Source of the DNA: Amoeboaphelidium protococcarum X5
Taxonomy: Eukaryota; Fungi; Aphelidiomycota
Length of the DNA: 64,000 bases
Direction: 5' to 3'
NCBI GenBank assembly: GCA_023515725.1
Contig: JALDTO010000155.1
Span: 965,147-1,029,146 of the forward strand
Program-made: the position numbers and the translations under genes
The notes under the pieces: generated by a model
Seen by the model: the letters and a program-made list of their open reading frames with translations, nothing else
What the model was told of the DNA's origin: nothing
Database searches by the model: none
Shown here: positions 51,605 to 64,000 of the stretch, one piece after another
How positions within the stretch are numbered: the stretch's first letter is position 1
Layout: each line of letters starts with the position of its first letter

Positions 51605-53587
51605 ATGAGTGCTTCAACGTCGCCTAATAATAATAATATTCTTAATAATAGCAATAGTTTAAGGAGTAATCCATTTGAATATATTAGTAATTTACAAAGT
51701 GACAATGAAGATGGCGGTAGTCAGAGCGATTCTTCTCACTAGTCAAATGGATTATCTGCCGAAGAGGTGATAGACCAGTTGGATGATGATTTATTCCACA
51801 TGGACGATACTTAACATGCAGTGCTGGATGATGAATTATTTTTTGGACCTCCACACATTGATAGGTCCTTCAATGGAGACAGAGCGGACGATGATGATGA
51901 TGATCATGATGAAGAGTACGACTATGAAGAGAATTTTACTGCACTTGGTTCTATGCTATAAAGAGCTGCCCTGAGATCAGATTCATTATAATAAAGTATA
52001 TAGTCTAATCGGCGGTCTAGCGAGTCTCTTTAGAGTGGTAGTGTAACTCGCACCACTCCGACTATTAGTACCGAAAATGGATCGTCTCTGGATAGTATTA
52101 GCCAGGCTCTGAGTAATAGTAATAGAACATCCTAATAAGGTATCGATAATGTTGATACAGTGGTAGAACGCGATAATGCTAACAGTAATAATAACACGGC
52201 GCAGTTGCAAATGATATAACTAGAGACTGATACAGATCAAGATCTTATATAACCTTCATCGCGGTTCACAGATCTGATACTGGCAGATAGTAAAGAAGTG
52301 ACATGGTAAGATCATTATTAGGATGGGCGCGATGTTCAAGGTATAAACTGGTCAGTACTGCCCATCACCAGATAGAGGTATAGAGATTATAGGAACAAGA
52401 ATTATACCAACCATACTACACTTAATAATCATCATTCTCATTCTGATCTGATATCCCAGTTGTCTCCGTGCAAAGATGATGGCAAGTTTTATCGATTTCA
52501 CTATACCCGGCTGATGGAGAAGAGTTTTATCATCCATTTCTAGCTGCGGCATTTAGCATCCAGTCCGTCTAAGCATGAATTGTACTTCTCACAACATTGG
52601 ACCGTGCGCAAGTGGAATGCTATCACCAGATCATCTGTGCAAGTTGTCGACTTTCATGCGTAAGACTTTGATGGTGCCAATCTGTTTAGAATCACTTCCC
52701 TCTGTTCGAGATAAGATTTACTCGCAGTTGGTGGATTCTCTGGTGAAGTGTGTTTTCTAAATACTGGACAAGGTGATGGACAGGGATCATTTCCTTCAGC
52801 ACTGGTGAATGGTGATGATGAATAGTAGAAAGTTCATTGTGTTAAAGTGTCTCAAGATCCGTATGGTATAACTAACCACGTTGCCATCGACCATTCAGTT
52901 AGTGGACGTCGCATTATTATCGCATCCAATAATGATTAATATGCACGCATTGTTGACGTTGAGTACCATAAAGTGGATCAGGAATTTTAAATGCCATGGG
53001 CTGTCAATTGCTCCGCTCTAGATCCGGATAGTAGAAGGATTTTGGCGTGCGTGGGTGACAGTTCCGCTGGCTGGCTATTGGACCCTCTGTCTGGTGATAA
53101 GATTGCGCAGGTTGGCGGCTTTCTGGATTACTCATTCTGTTGTGCTTGGTCACCTAATGGCATTCAATTAGCTGTGGGCAATCAGGACAAGACTGTGCGG
53201 ATATTCGATAAGAGGCGGCTGGATGTAGCTCTGAAAGTACTTCCTGCCCGGATGGCAGCTATCAGATCGTGTTAATATTCTCCATGTGGAAACTTCCTTA
53301 TGGCCGCAGAACCAGCAGATTATGTCCATTTGTACGATGTCAAATAGAATTACAAGCGGTAGTAGATTATTGACTTTTTTGGAGAGATATCTGGCTGCAC
53401 TTTTGCTGATTCATCTGGTGGTTCTGACAACAAATAGTCTTATGACGTGGGAAATGATGATGGTGATTTGAACCACCAAGATGGTGGCGGTGGAAACTTG
53501 TTTATAGTTAATGCAGATACAATATATGGCGGAATATATCAGTATAAGGCTATAAAGTATCAAGATTATGTTTAAAATCGCTATTGA
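51605..53587 (+). CDS. WD40-repeat protein (DUF2415-type) with acidic disordered N-terminus
   Basis: GRDVQGINW, IHFQLRHL, LAVGGFSGE, ITNHV, SNND, WAVNC, DYSFCCAW, GNQDKT, AEPADYVH, FFGEISG. Confidence 0.88.
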
Positions 53588-53646
53588 TGAACTGATGATG
53601 ATGCGAACATACTCAAATTGTGTAAATAAAATACAATTCATTTCAT

Positions 53647-54798
53647 TCATATCCTCACTCTCTTCTGACAACATTCACATTACCATATCTGACCGTCATT
53701 GTCAGATAAGCTTTCACTTTAATGATCCGCTTTATTTACCGGTAAACCATCAACAGAAATGGGAAGCAGAGAACCGTAGCAGGAAGTGTCGGGACATAAG
53801 CTACGAGGGCGACAGTCACTATCACTGCCTGCTGTACCCATAGCACACCTCTAGCATGAGCACTCGAACAGAAATACATCCTTCAACTCTTGTTAACGCT
53901 CAGCGCGGCTCTTACGGATATCAATGTACGAGATGGTCAACTCTTCGCCAGCCCATATTCTACGATTAGCATAAAACACCTGACAACTTCCCTACGTTGT
54001 ATGAGAGACATTAGGATCACAAGAGTGATTAAAAAAGACTGCCAGTGGATACAAGGCAAGTCCGTAGCACTGCTTTGGCTTCCCCGTCTCTGTAAATGTG
54101 TACAGGCCAAATGAATTGCACTCCTCCTTACAAATGAGCTAAAGCAGCTCTGATTTATCCAGTGGAGGCGACTGTAAATCTCGCTGTAAATCCTGCAATA
54201 GGTCCGCTATAACCATAAACTCTCCTTCAACTCTATCCTGGGTGAAAGTATCCATATTACTCACCAGCGATTCAACATCTTGGAATGTCACATCGTTCTT
54301 GAATTGTTTAGTGTGGCACTAATCACCTTGTAACTCAAGATCGCGGTTGATTAAACAGCGAGCCAGAAGCCATAGATACTCTTGACAGTAGCTGCTCAGC
54401 TCTTGGTATACGGGATTACTTTACAAACGCTACAGAAATTCAGATTCCAATTTGTAAAACTTTAAATGTGCCAATTTGCATTACTTGCTGCAGTAAAACA
54501 CCATCTGCAGGCCGTCATCTGTGCCATAGGATAACTTATAGTCCGACGCTGCAACATGATCTATATTGAAGCAATACCCACACACCTTCATGCGATTATT
54601 ATTGTCCACGATTAAGGCATACGGTTTAGCGCTGAGGACCATCTGACCACACTCTATCGTCTACTTGGCCATGAAGCATCGACCTTTGTGTTCATCGCTC
54701 ACTACTTCTAACAGCGAAACATCTCTATCATTGCTCTCATGCGAGTTGTTGAATCGATCAGATAGTTCTTGGACAACCTTCAATTTTCGTGGTGACAT
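53647..54798 (-). CDS. SET/MYND (SMYD/Set6-like) lysine methyltransferase
   Basis: KGRCFMA, CGYCF...YCSKQC, NSFG, FNHSCDPN, GEELTISY, FECSCQRC. Confidence 0.88.
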
Positions 54799-55080
54799 TG
54801 TTACGGAAATAGTGGTCTTTGAGTCGGTCAGTATTTTCCAGTAAAGAAGCGTTTATGAAACGGGAAAGCTTAAAATGAAAAGTTTAACGAAAATTTAGTT
54901 TGTCGCTTCCCTCCATTGCTGTAGGACGCGCCTTAACGTTCTTGTCTTAGATAGATGTGGCGCATTAGAGTACATTTAATCTTGATGCATTAGAACATGA
55001 AAAGTAGAAGGCGATTATACTGTCAAAAGCGCTAGATAAAATGTTATAAAAATTAAGCCAATTATGTATTTCAATAGAAA

Positions 55081-58000
55081 TCATCGCTACTTTCTACCTA
55101 GATCTGATGCTCCTTAATTCTACTTTTTGGAGAAAAGACCAGAGATCTCAGTGAGAGACTTTTGCTACTGAGCAGCGTCCAAGCCATCTTTCCATTTGTC
55201 ATTAAATAACGCGATAGACCGTTGAGGCTTTGCGCCAGTATCCATCTGATGACTTGCGGACCTACGTCGATAAAACACATCCTCAGTGTTGGCAACAAAA
55301 GACATTTTATAAGTGTTCACTGAGATCTTGCACTCCAATCCAGTTTTGACTACAACCGCGCGTTCCGTTGACTATTACTGCTGCTTCTTCTACAGCTACT
55401 GCTACTACTTTAGCTATTGCGCAGTTACAATTCTTTGCAAAAACACTTTAGACTTGACAGGATCAAGCTGGATAGTAGGCTCCGCTTTCACATACTTGTC
55501 AATGTAATCGGACCACTTGACTTCAGTGTCCACGGCCATAGCTTCATCTCCGTACGTATTCTGCTCATCATTGCCCAGGAGTTGAAAGGTGAGCACTTTG
55601 TCCTTCAGAGACATCTCAATCTTGTACATGTTCTCCTCTTCTGCCAGTAGTTCATCAGCTTTCTATCGATAGATAAACTCAGATCTCTAAGACATCTACT
55701 GTCCCTTCTAAGCAGCTGCTGTGCCATACTTTTCAAACAAAACAAAAAGCTTAATGCACTTCTTCTCGCTTACAATCACCTGCAACTATTTCACAATGCT
55801 CTAGAATAATCTATCAAGGGTGTAAGTGACAAAAGCCGAAGTGCCATACCAAAATCGGGCCTGCTCTTCATAGGCGGCAGAGTCAATTTTGTTCTCGAAT
55901 AGCAACTTGAGCATGTCCAGTACTGCCTAGTAAATGTTGCCATCTTTAACTTGCACTGGAATACCATCACGTTTAGCTAATAGATCCAATTCTTATGCCA
56001 CAGACTGACTGCCAACCTTGCCGTATCCAACAGTGACAGAGCCATTCTTAATATTCAAGGAAGTCTATCTCAATTTATATAGTCTAGCGTAGGCCAACTA
56101 GAATAACCTGACAAAGAGGTAATAATTATCATCGGCAAACAATGTACTTTTACCAGAAGTATTACCAGTCACCTAGAGTACGCCTGTACTCTTACCTTAT
56201 AAGCTCTATTCAGACTGACCGAGTAAGAGAGTATTAAACTTTTAGACAAACTGCTTGATACGCTCACCTTCTTCGCGATTCAAATTGGACATTGAATTCA
56301 AATACGCTACTATCACATCACTGACATCGCTGATTACAGCCGAATCCTATAGCTTATACTGCAGCTGGAAAGCAGGCAGTGTCGGATCATTCCTCTCAAA
56401 TCGCTCACGATACAAAGCCTCAATCTCCTATAGCAAAGTCTTACTGGAAACAACCTTCTTATCAATGTTCTTGAAAGACACTCCCTAATGATCGAGAGAC
56501 TTATAAAAATTCTTACCATCAATCTCGCGCCAAATCTTATTCCACTCACGTTAACTTCTGCGCCACTCTTCATCTTTCTGCTTAAGCCTTTTCAATATGA
56601 TGGGCACCGCAACAAATGGATGTTCATGCAGTGCTTGAACCACCTCTTTACCACGGTCCTAACCATAAATCTTCTCCAGTATGCGCACATACATCACCTT
56701 AGACATTCCATCACCAAGACCCTCATCTGGCTTGCACTTGAAAGCCTTCTTCTCTTCAGCAGTTTTACACTCTTCATCGATACGTCTCATCAGCTACTCA
56801 AGACGCTGGATAGTGACCTTGTTAATATCAATGTTGAGATCAAACTCATAACGCTCCTCCTCACAGCGGTACATGGCTTCCTCATACTGATTCTTCTTAT
56901 GAGCAACGAATCCTCCATCTTCACTGGCCCACGTTGGATGACACACCCAAGTATCGTTCAGCACTTCGTACGACAAAGAGTCACGACCACCACATGGAGC
57001 TTACACATAAGTTACAGGGAGCATTCTATAGCTAGCACCAGATCGCTTTGACTCACTCAAATCTCTAGGCTGGCCTTGACTATTGTGAGGAGTAACCAAC
57101 AGCTCAGTCTCCTCTCCATGACCGACATAGTAACGGAACCAATCATACAATTCCTGATGCTTGCCAATAAAAGGCTCCACTTTGTCAATCAGAGTCTTGG
57201 CATTAATGATATCCTGATTATACAAATTAATAACCTTCAAAAACTCGACATACGTCGTCTTGTTGTTCAGAGCACGCTTTACACGGTCGAAGAACTCCAA
57301 CTCTTGAGCAGTATTTGGCTGATTAATTCGATTCTTTGCATCAAGCGCACTTCCTTTCAAGAAGGGATTATTAGGAGGCTTCTTAAACTTGCCTAAGCCA
57401 AGCGATGATCGAGAAGCCTTCTTAGAGCCAATGGAATACGCATTTGAAACTGAAGGAGGAGCCACGACACTCACACTGCCGGCCTGGTTCTGTAGTTGTG
57501 ACTATGATCTACTGCCAGACGCAAGTTATTTACCTGGCACCTAATTATGAACTGAACCAATGGACACCGAATTATCTGGCAGAAATTGCTTAAACTCATC
57601 CAGCAGATCTGGCGAATTCTTAAACAGCACATGCACTTGTGCATACACCTCTGCTATGGGCTTGGCATCATTCTGATAATTACGAAGAATCTCCAGAAAT
57701 TATCTGTAAATCTCTGGGTCATTGGCATACCTATTCTTGATCTTGTTGACATAATTTATCGCATGATTAAACTCAACGGGCTTCTTACCTAAAGCTTACT
57801 GCTACTACTACTAAGGCTGATGCTATTGCTATTGAGGCTAAATCTGCTATAACATTTACTATTACTGCTAAGCCAGCATTTGCATTGAGCCAGAGCGGGA
57901 TGGAGCTGGCATTAAAGCTGGCTGAGATGCTTGCTATTACGACGGCTACTTCTGCTGCTACTATTACTACTATTGCTACTACTGCTGCTGCATGACTTGC

Positions 58001-59188
58001 TACGACACTTAACCACCAAGGTTCTATCTAGTTCCATTATCAGGCGTTGACGTTGTGACGGTATAGAAACCTGGCTATCCATTCCCACCAACAGAGACCT
58101 CAATCTTATATCCAGGAGGCAAGAACGTATTAAAGCCCACGATAAGATTAGGATGACCCTGGAACAACTAACTAACACGATCAATGACACCAGGCGTATC
58201 GATAGCCTAAGATTTGAAGTCCTTCATAATGTCAAGAAACTTGTTATAAACATCCGGCTACTCATTGAACTGCAACTTGACTTGATCCAGGTAAGACAAG
58301 GCATCCCTAACATTTAACTACCGATAACCGCTGTTATCCTAAGCAGGAGCAGGAGCAGAACTTTGTGCAACTTGCTATTATGGAGGAGCTTTTGGTTGCA
58401 TAGGCATGACATATTGCTATTACTATGGATGAGGCTGATGTTAACCAGGTGCAACAGGTCGATAATGGTGTGGCATCTAACCTGGATAATGACCAAGCGC
58501 CTACGGATGCTACTATTACTACTATTAAGCTTGCGGCGGACGAGCATAATGCTACTACGCCTATTACTGCTGATGAGGCATCATCTAGTGTGGATGAACA
58601 GCACTTCTACATTATTCACAAATAGGGATTACAATAACATTAAATATGAGAAGACGGTGTGAAATCTTACGGATGATACACGGGGACACTAGGACCGTGC
58701 ATTTGCTACTAGACGTGCTTTGGAGGAGCAGCAGCAGATGAACCCGGTCCAGAAGCCATAGACTGATGCTACTATAAATGACCATGTGCCGGATGCTGTG
58801 GCCCTGCACCACCGATCGCCGCCGTCTAATGATGAGGAGGCGGCGCTTGCTTCATCGGAGGCAGTTGCACGCTACTTTTAGGCATAGATTATTACTATTA
58901 CTACTACGGCATCTACTACGGTTGAGCGGCGGACAAAGCATTTGCGCTGACTGAACCACTTGACTATGCACTAACGGGCTATTGTGCAGAAGCATTATCG
59001 GGATAAGGCTACTGCTGAGCGCCACCAGAGTTCTATCTGCTCACGACCGACTGTTTCTCACTAGGCGCAGAACTACCAGCAGAACTCATTTATACATCCA
59101 TCGTATCTGGATTACCAGAATTCTCCGACACCACCTGCTGCTGTTAATTACTATTGTTATTACTACTATTATTACTACCGCCTTCCAT
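55081..59188 (-). CDS. SIN3: Sin3 transcriptional corepressor (2 exons)
   Basis: PAH1 [10 protein letters not shown]...[12 protein letters not shown]2 [17 protein letters not shown]3, HID ([30 protein letters not shown]), SLDHQG; polyQ N-terminus. Confidence 0.93.
58607..58670 (-). other. Intron (64 nt) in SIN3
   Basis: GTAAGA...AATGTAG on the minus strand; its length exactly reconciles the frame of ATG 59188 with the PAH frame. Confidence 0.8.
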
Positions 59189-59290
59189 ATATCGCCGCAA
59201 CCTTATCGTTCGTTCGTTTCAAGACAATGAGAGAAAAGAGAGAGAAAGAGAACAGAGAGCGGGCGAGAAAACACTGCTGTTTGGTTGAAT

Positions 59291-59310
59291 AGAGAGAGAG
59301 AGAGAGAGAG
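59291..59310. repeat. (AG)10 microsatellite within a CT-rich tract upstream of SIN3
   Basis: agagagagagagagagagag; shorter CT runs also precede RAD2 (~8558) and Lon (~44587). Confidence 0.8.
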
Positions 59311-59588
59311 ACAGTAGCGAAAGAGAGAACGACGTATCGCTCGCTGTCTTCAGAACAGACGCGCGATCTGTAGTGGGGCTCTTGTGCAAGGAAAGAGAGA
59401 GACGATTCGCAAAAGAGTAAAAGACGATTTAACGATGACCGAACGTTGAGAGTAAAATTCTCTGGCGGGAAGGAATATACGCGGCAGAGAGAGATGAGAG
59501 AAGCGCGCCGCCAAGAACCAAAGACGGTTAAGGTTACAGATGGAAATGCTCTCAGACCTGTAAGAACCACACTCATTTAAATGGATAT

Positions 59589-60239
59589 TCATTTAATCAT
59601 TACATAGAGAAAGTACTCTATAATTCCACCTTGTTGTTTATTATCATCAGCGAGAGTGAGTGCTTACACGGATGACCACGGCTGACTCTGTAGAATGGGC
59701 AATCGGAAATGTTTCTGCCCGAATGTGATGTACAGAAACACTGCGCCCCGTTTCAGAATTCGATAAACCTCGGCAATCTCACCGTGAGCCTTCTCCAACT
59801 TATCCTTTGGGGGATTCCATGGGTCATATTTGCCACAGAGCATCGCGTCCAGTGTTCCCTTGTCAATTGCCACGTCGAATGTCGCGTCATCGTAGCACTT
59901 CATCTGAGTAACATCAGCCTATTCAAACGAGCATATAGCATCTGGGTGTTTATCTAACACGAGTTAATTGTATTTCTGTTGCATTTAATCGATTACATTA
60001 GCGGCATAATCAACGTTAACAATGTGTGTATACCCATCCTCTATCATATCATACCCAAGTGTGGAATTGCCACATCCCAGGATAATGATACGCGATTGCT
60101 TGTCCTTGATGAATTCACCTAGACTGTCTTTTATATCATCATAAGTTTTGAACCAGTCGAAAGATTGTTCAGTATCTTCCTCTTCATATCGTCGCTCCCA
60201 ATACTCTTTTTACCCATAAAGCTCATTCGATTCTGCCAT
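59589..60239 (-). CDS. EEF1AKMT4-like SAM-dependent methyltransferase
   Basis: YG.KEYWERRY, FDWF, LGCGNS, DVAIDKGTLDAM, DPWNP, YITFGQ.HFR. Confidence 0.9.
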
Positions 60240-60318
60240 CTATATTAATTACTGATCTGACTCTGATTACTCCTTATCTGTCTATGAACAAGTAAAAAGT
60301 GTAAAATCTTGTTTGATC

Positions 60319-61833
60319 ATGATAAAGCCAATGTGTTACATAATGAATATCAGAGCTAGTTAACGACTTAATAGCACCATCAAGTCCTCTTTCAAGAATT
60401 AGAATCCTCATGAATGGAAAAAGGCTAGGGAGACTGCGCAGATTGGCGGTGATGTCCATGCTGATTAAATGTCAAAATTGCTTGGTTTACCACCTCGGAT
60501 CACATAGAAGAAACTGGTGAAGACATTTGCTCCTGCTGTCTATCCATAGCGATACCAATCTATATAGCCTTCGGTGTACAGTCCCTCTAGTATCTTTGAA
60601 CTCAAGACGCGTAATATCGATTCGAGTAAGACATATGATAATGAACTCACACATTCAGTGGCTATACTTGGACTTCCTAATTGTGGAAAGTCGACACTTT
60701 TCAATCGTCTTGTCGGTCCTAAATTGAGTGCTACTAGTATTTTGAAATACACCACTAAAGATGTAATGACTGCATATAGGAACAGGTATACTGTATAGCG
60801 TGGCGATATTGATATGTAGCATACAAGTAGTGGAAGAGAATTGATCAATCAGCTCATTGTAAAAGATTTACCTCCTATCACAGATCAAAATAGGAAGGAT
60901 TAACAGCATAGACCATCTCATATACTTGAGAATGGCCTGAGTAAAAATACGTGGGATATTCTGTAAAATGATGTGGATACGATTTTGCTCATGGTTGACG
61001 CGTCGTAATAGATTGTTGATAGTAGTAGTGGTGCCGTTGTGTTGAGCGATGATACGGTGTACTTGTTAAAGCTGATCAAGAAGTTGCGACATGAACTGGA
61101 GCACGTCGATATTCAGTTGGTCTTCAATAAATGCTCTAGCTTTGCGCATAAAGTGGAGAAGTCGGGTTAGACTGCAGATCTGATCGCGTTATAGCAGGCT
61201 TGTCAGAAAGTTGGTCGACTGTTCGAGAGTGCTCATTTTATTGATGCCAATAGTTAGCAGGACACTGCTATAACAGAATTATTGAACAATCTTTATGAAC
61301 GTAGCAAGCCACGGCCTAATATGTACGAGTCAAGGCTGGATGGCGGTTTGGATGAGAAGTACACCGTGAACTCGCTCCCTGCGTTTATGCTCACAACCAC
61401 CAAGGCAAACAAACTGGCTGCTGACGTTATAAGGGAGAAGATTTTCTAGTAGGCTTACTCAGGAGTACCGATGTATCTGGCGTATACTATTGATGTGAAA
61501 GTGGATTATTTTACTCTTTTGAAGAGGTAAAGTTTGGCTGATCTGGTTAGCGTTGATAATACTACAGAGTAATAATCAGCACCATCGTTCCGCGACTGTG
61601 ATGCTATTAGAATCGATGCGACAGTAATCACTAAGTCTGTCAGTGATTATGAAAAGCTGTGTGGGCAGCCATCGTAGCCATAACAATAGAAATAGGGCCG
61701 ATCTGCACTTAATGGAGAGTCTCACATCAAAACACCTGTCATGGAAATTGTCAGATCTCGCGCACAGGGTGTCATGACAAAGATCTTCGATCGACCCGTG
61801 TATCTCTTTCTATCTGTCTAACCCAAAGCTTGA
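60319..61833 (+). CDS. Divergent Era/ERAL1-like GTPase, probably mitochondrial
   Basis: VAILGLPNCGKSTLFN.LVG, KYTT, LMVDAS, LVFNK, IREKIF, C-terminal FDRPVYLFLSV; presequence-like N-terminus. Confidence 0.7.
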
Positions 61834-61919
61834 ATCTATATGATACTAAGTTATAGAGTATATTAAGTATTCAAATGTTGATAAATAATAATCTCCATTT
61901 ATACCACTTCAATTCAAGT

Positions 61920-63827
61920 TCAGTGTCTCAATTTGGTTAATGCGTCCAAATAACCCGCAGCGATATCACCAACTAGCCTCTTATCGGGGATACTTGCAGC
62001 CATTCCGTAAATTGCAGCATTGCCCTCCTCTTGGCTCTGCTTTCCATCACCATGAGCTATCGCCTTCAGCGTTTTAATTCTCACCTACTCAACAGCATCC
62101 TTTAAATCAGCGATAAATTGGCCATAGGAATTAACAGTAGGCAACGTGCAGCAAATATGGATGGCAGCCGGATGCTGCAAAGTATTCAAATTCCACCCTT
62201 TGGCCGTCATCGTATCACCAATAGAGTAGATGTTGTACTTTTAACTAGTAAAGGCGATAACCATGGCCAACGGGTCTCCACACACTTCAATGCCCTCAAT
62301 AGATTTAACGCCTTCTTTAATAGCTCTAGCCGCAGTGACAATCTTCTTTGTGCTCTCAATGTATCCACTCTCCCCCATGTGCAGAAGTGCTGCATAACAA
62401 GAGGCAACCAAAGCACCACTTCTACTCCCAGCAATCGATGGAGAAGCATAGATGCCGCCGGACCATTCTGGAAACACAAAATATTAATACTTTCTCACCT
62501 CAGCACTTCTGTACATGATAACAGACGATCCTTTAGGTGCAAATCCAAACTTGTGAGTATCACAAGAGATTGAAGTCACACCAGGCACACGGAAATCAAA
62601 CGGCCTTATACCTTCACCGAATCCAGCCTTGACCAAAAAGGGAACAATAAATGATCCTAGGCAGCAGTCAACATGCAAACCAATATTAAAACTCTACGCC
62701 AACTTGCCCAACTACTCGATATCGTCAAATATTCCATGCGGATAATTTGGCGAACTACCGACAATCATTATGGTATTGCTTGTGATAGCACGGCGCATCT
62801 TCTTCATATCCACTCTCCACCCATTCTTCTTATCAATGTCAACGTGAGTCACCTTCACCATGAAATAAGCCGCAGCCTTATCGAAAGCGGCATGAGCAGT
62901 AATTGGAATGACAATCTCAGGCTCAGTGATGCCCTTTGTATGGAAAGCCCAATCCCTATGCGCTTTCACACTCATCAAGATACTCTCCGTACCTCCGCTA
63001 GTGATATTACCACAGGGACTTCCTGCCGCGGAATCATCGCCCTTCTTATCACCTCCATGCTTCATGGGAGCATTAAACATGTTCAAAAGCATAGAGACCA
63101 CCTCAGCCTCCATCAGTCTTGTACTCGGAAACACGTCAGGATGAAGTGGATTAGAATGAGAGAACATGGAATAAGTCTCCACAAGCAGCTCTGACAACTC
63201 TTTCCCGCCATGATACACCGTGCCTGACACCTTTCCACCACGCCAGTCTACATGTTCTAACTCCTTGTGTCGCTTCAAGATATCCTGAATCTACTCATTG
63301 GACATGGACTTTGCAGGCAGCTTGGCCAGGGGTTTGATCTTATGCGTGCTCTCCACTTTAAACAACTTGTCCTCGACATCATCCAGCACCTTGCCCAGCT
63401 CTAATTATATTGTACGCCGCACCGATGGAATTAACTTGAGCAAATTGAACACTGTATGGATGCAGGTAGTCTTTATAACTTTCCAGTGTTGGCACAGAGT
63501 ACGAGAGCGAGCCCATTTCAACAACTTGAACACTGAATACAACAGCACGGTATAGAACACAATGCTCTTGACGTCATACTCAAAAGTGCTCCAAAATTAA
63601 TAAAACTAATTCTAAAGAGGTTAAATAAAGCTCCTACTGACGTACTTAACCGGTGACTAGTTGAGAAAACTCTGATACTTTGGATACACTTTCGTGTAGT
63701 ACAGCATCTCCCACTAGTACAAAGCTCGTTAGACATTCTAGTTGCCAAACAGAAAGCTGTTTATCTACCGACCCCACTGACTATGAGGAACTTACGGACC
63801 AAAAATAAAGTCGTACCAGTAGCCCAT
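61920..63827 (-). CDS. DPL1: Sphingosine-1-phosphate lyase
   Basis: [64 protein letters not shown]. Confidence 0.95.
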
Positions 63828-64000
63828 GTTGACCGATAATTTAAACTTTCGTACGATACTACACAATGAGGTGAAAGGAAGAAAGCGAGGAAGAAAATCG
63901 CGTGCGGGTCTCCAAATCAAAGGGACGATTAACAGTGTACTGTACAGACCTCTTTTAGTTTTTGATATTTATTGGAATGCTATGAGCCATCCTTAACAGA

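Overview
Gene-dense, intron-poor eukaryotic nuclear DNA in a non-standard genetic code: TAA and TAG are read as Gln and TGA is the only stop (ciliate-type code, translation table 6). The supplied standard-code ORF track therefore fragments nearly every gene. Re-read by hand, the window holds 37 protein genes, 36 complete and ending in TGA plus one running off the left edge, with only 4 short GT-AG introns. Gene content is fungus-like (PFA4, separate URA5 and URA3, PAN6, hybrid histidine kinase, NAM9, SIN3, PEX19, Lon, S1P lyase). Together with UAR=Gln this points to an aphelid, most likely the algal parasitoid Amoeboaphelidium protococcarum (inference). The best candidate for an undescribed system is a tandem array of three signal-peptide-bearing, DYRK2-derived protein kinases (44772-48969) that have lost the DH box and YxY activation motif and gained conserved cysteines, so they look like secreted effector kinases. 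Other points: a plant-like secreted GH5 glycanase, Mug135-like and Hva1-like genes, a degenerate Era GTPase, a TGTAG acceptor shared by all introns, TAR codons clustered just before stops, and very tight gene packing. No RNA genes, CRISPR arrays or transposons were recognised. All family assignments come from motif recognition, not database searches.
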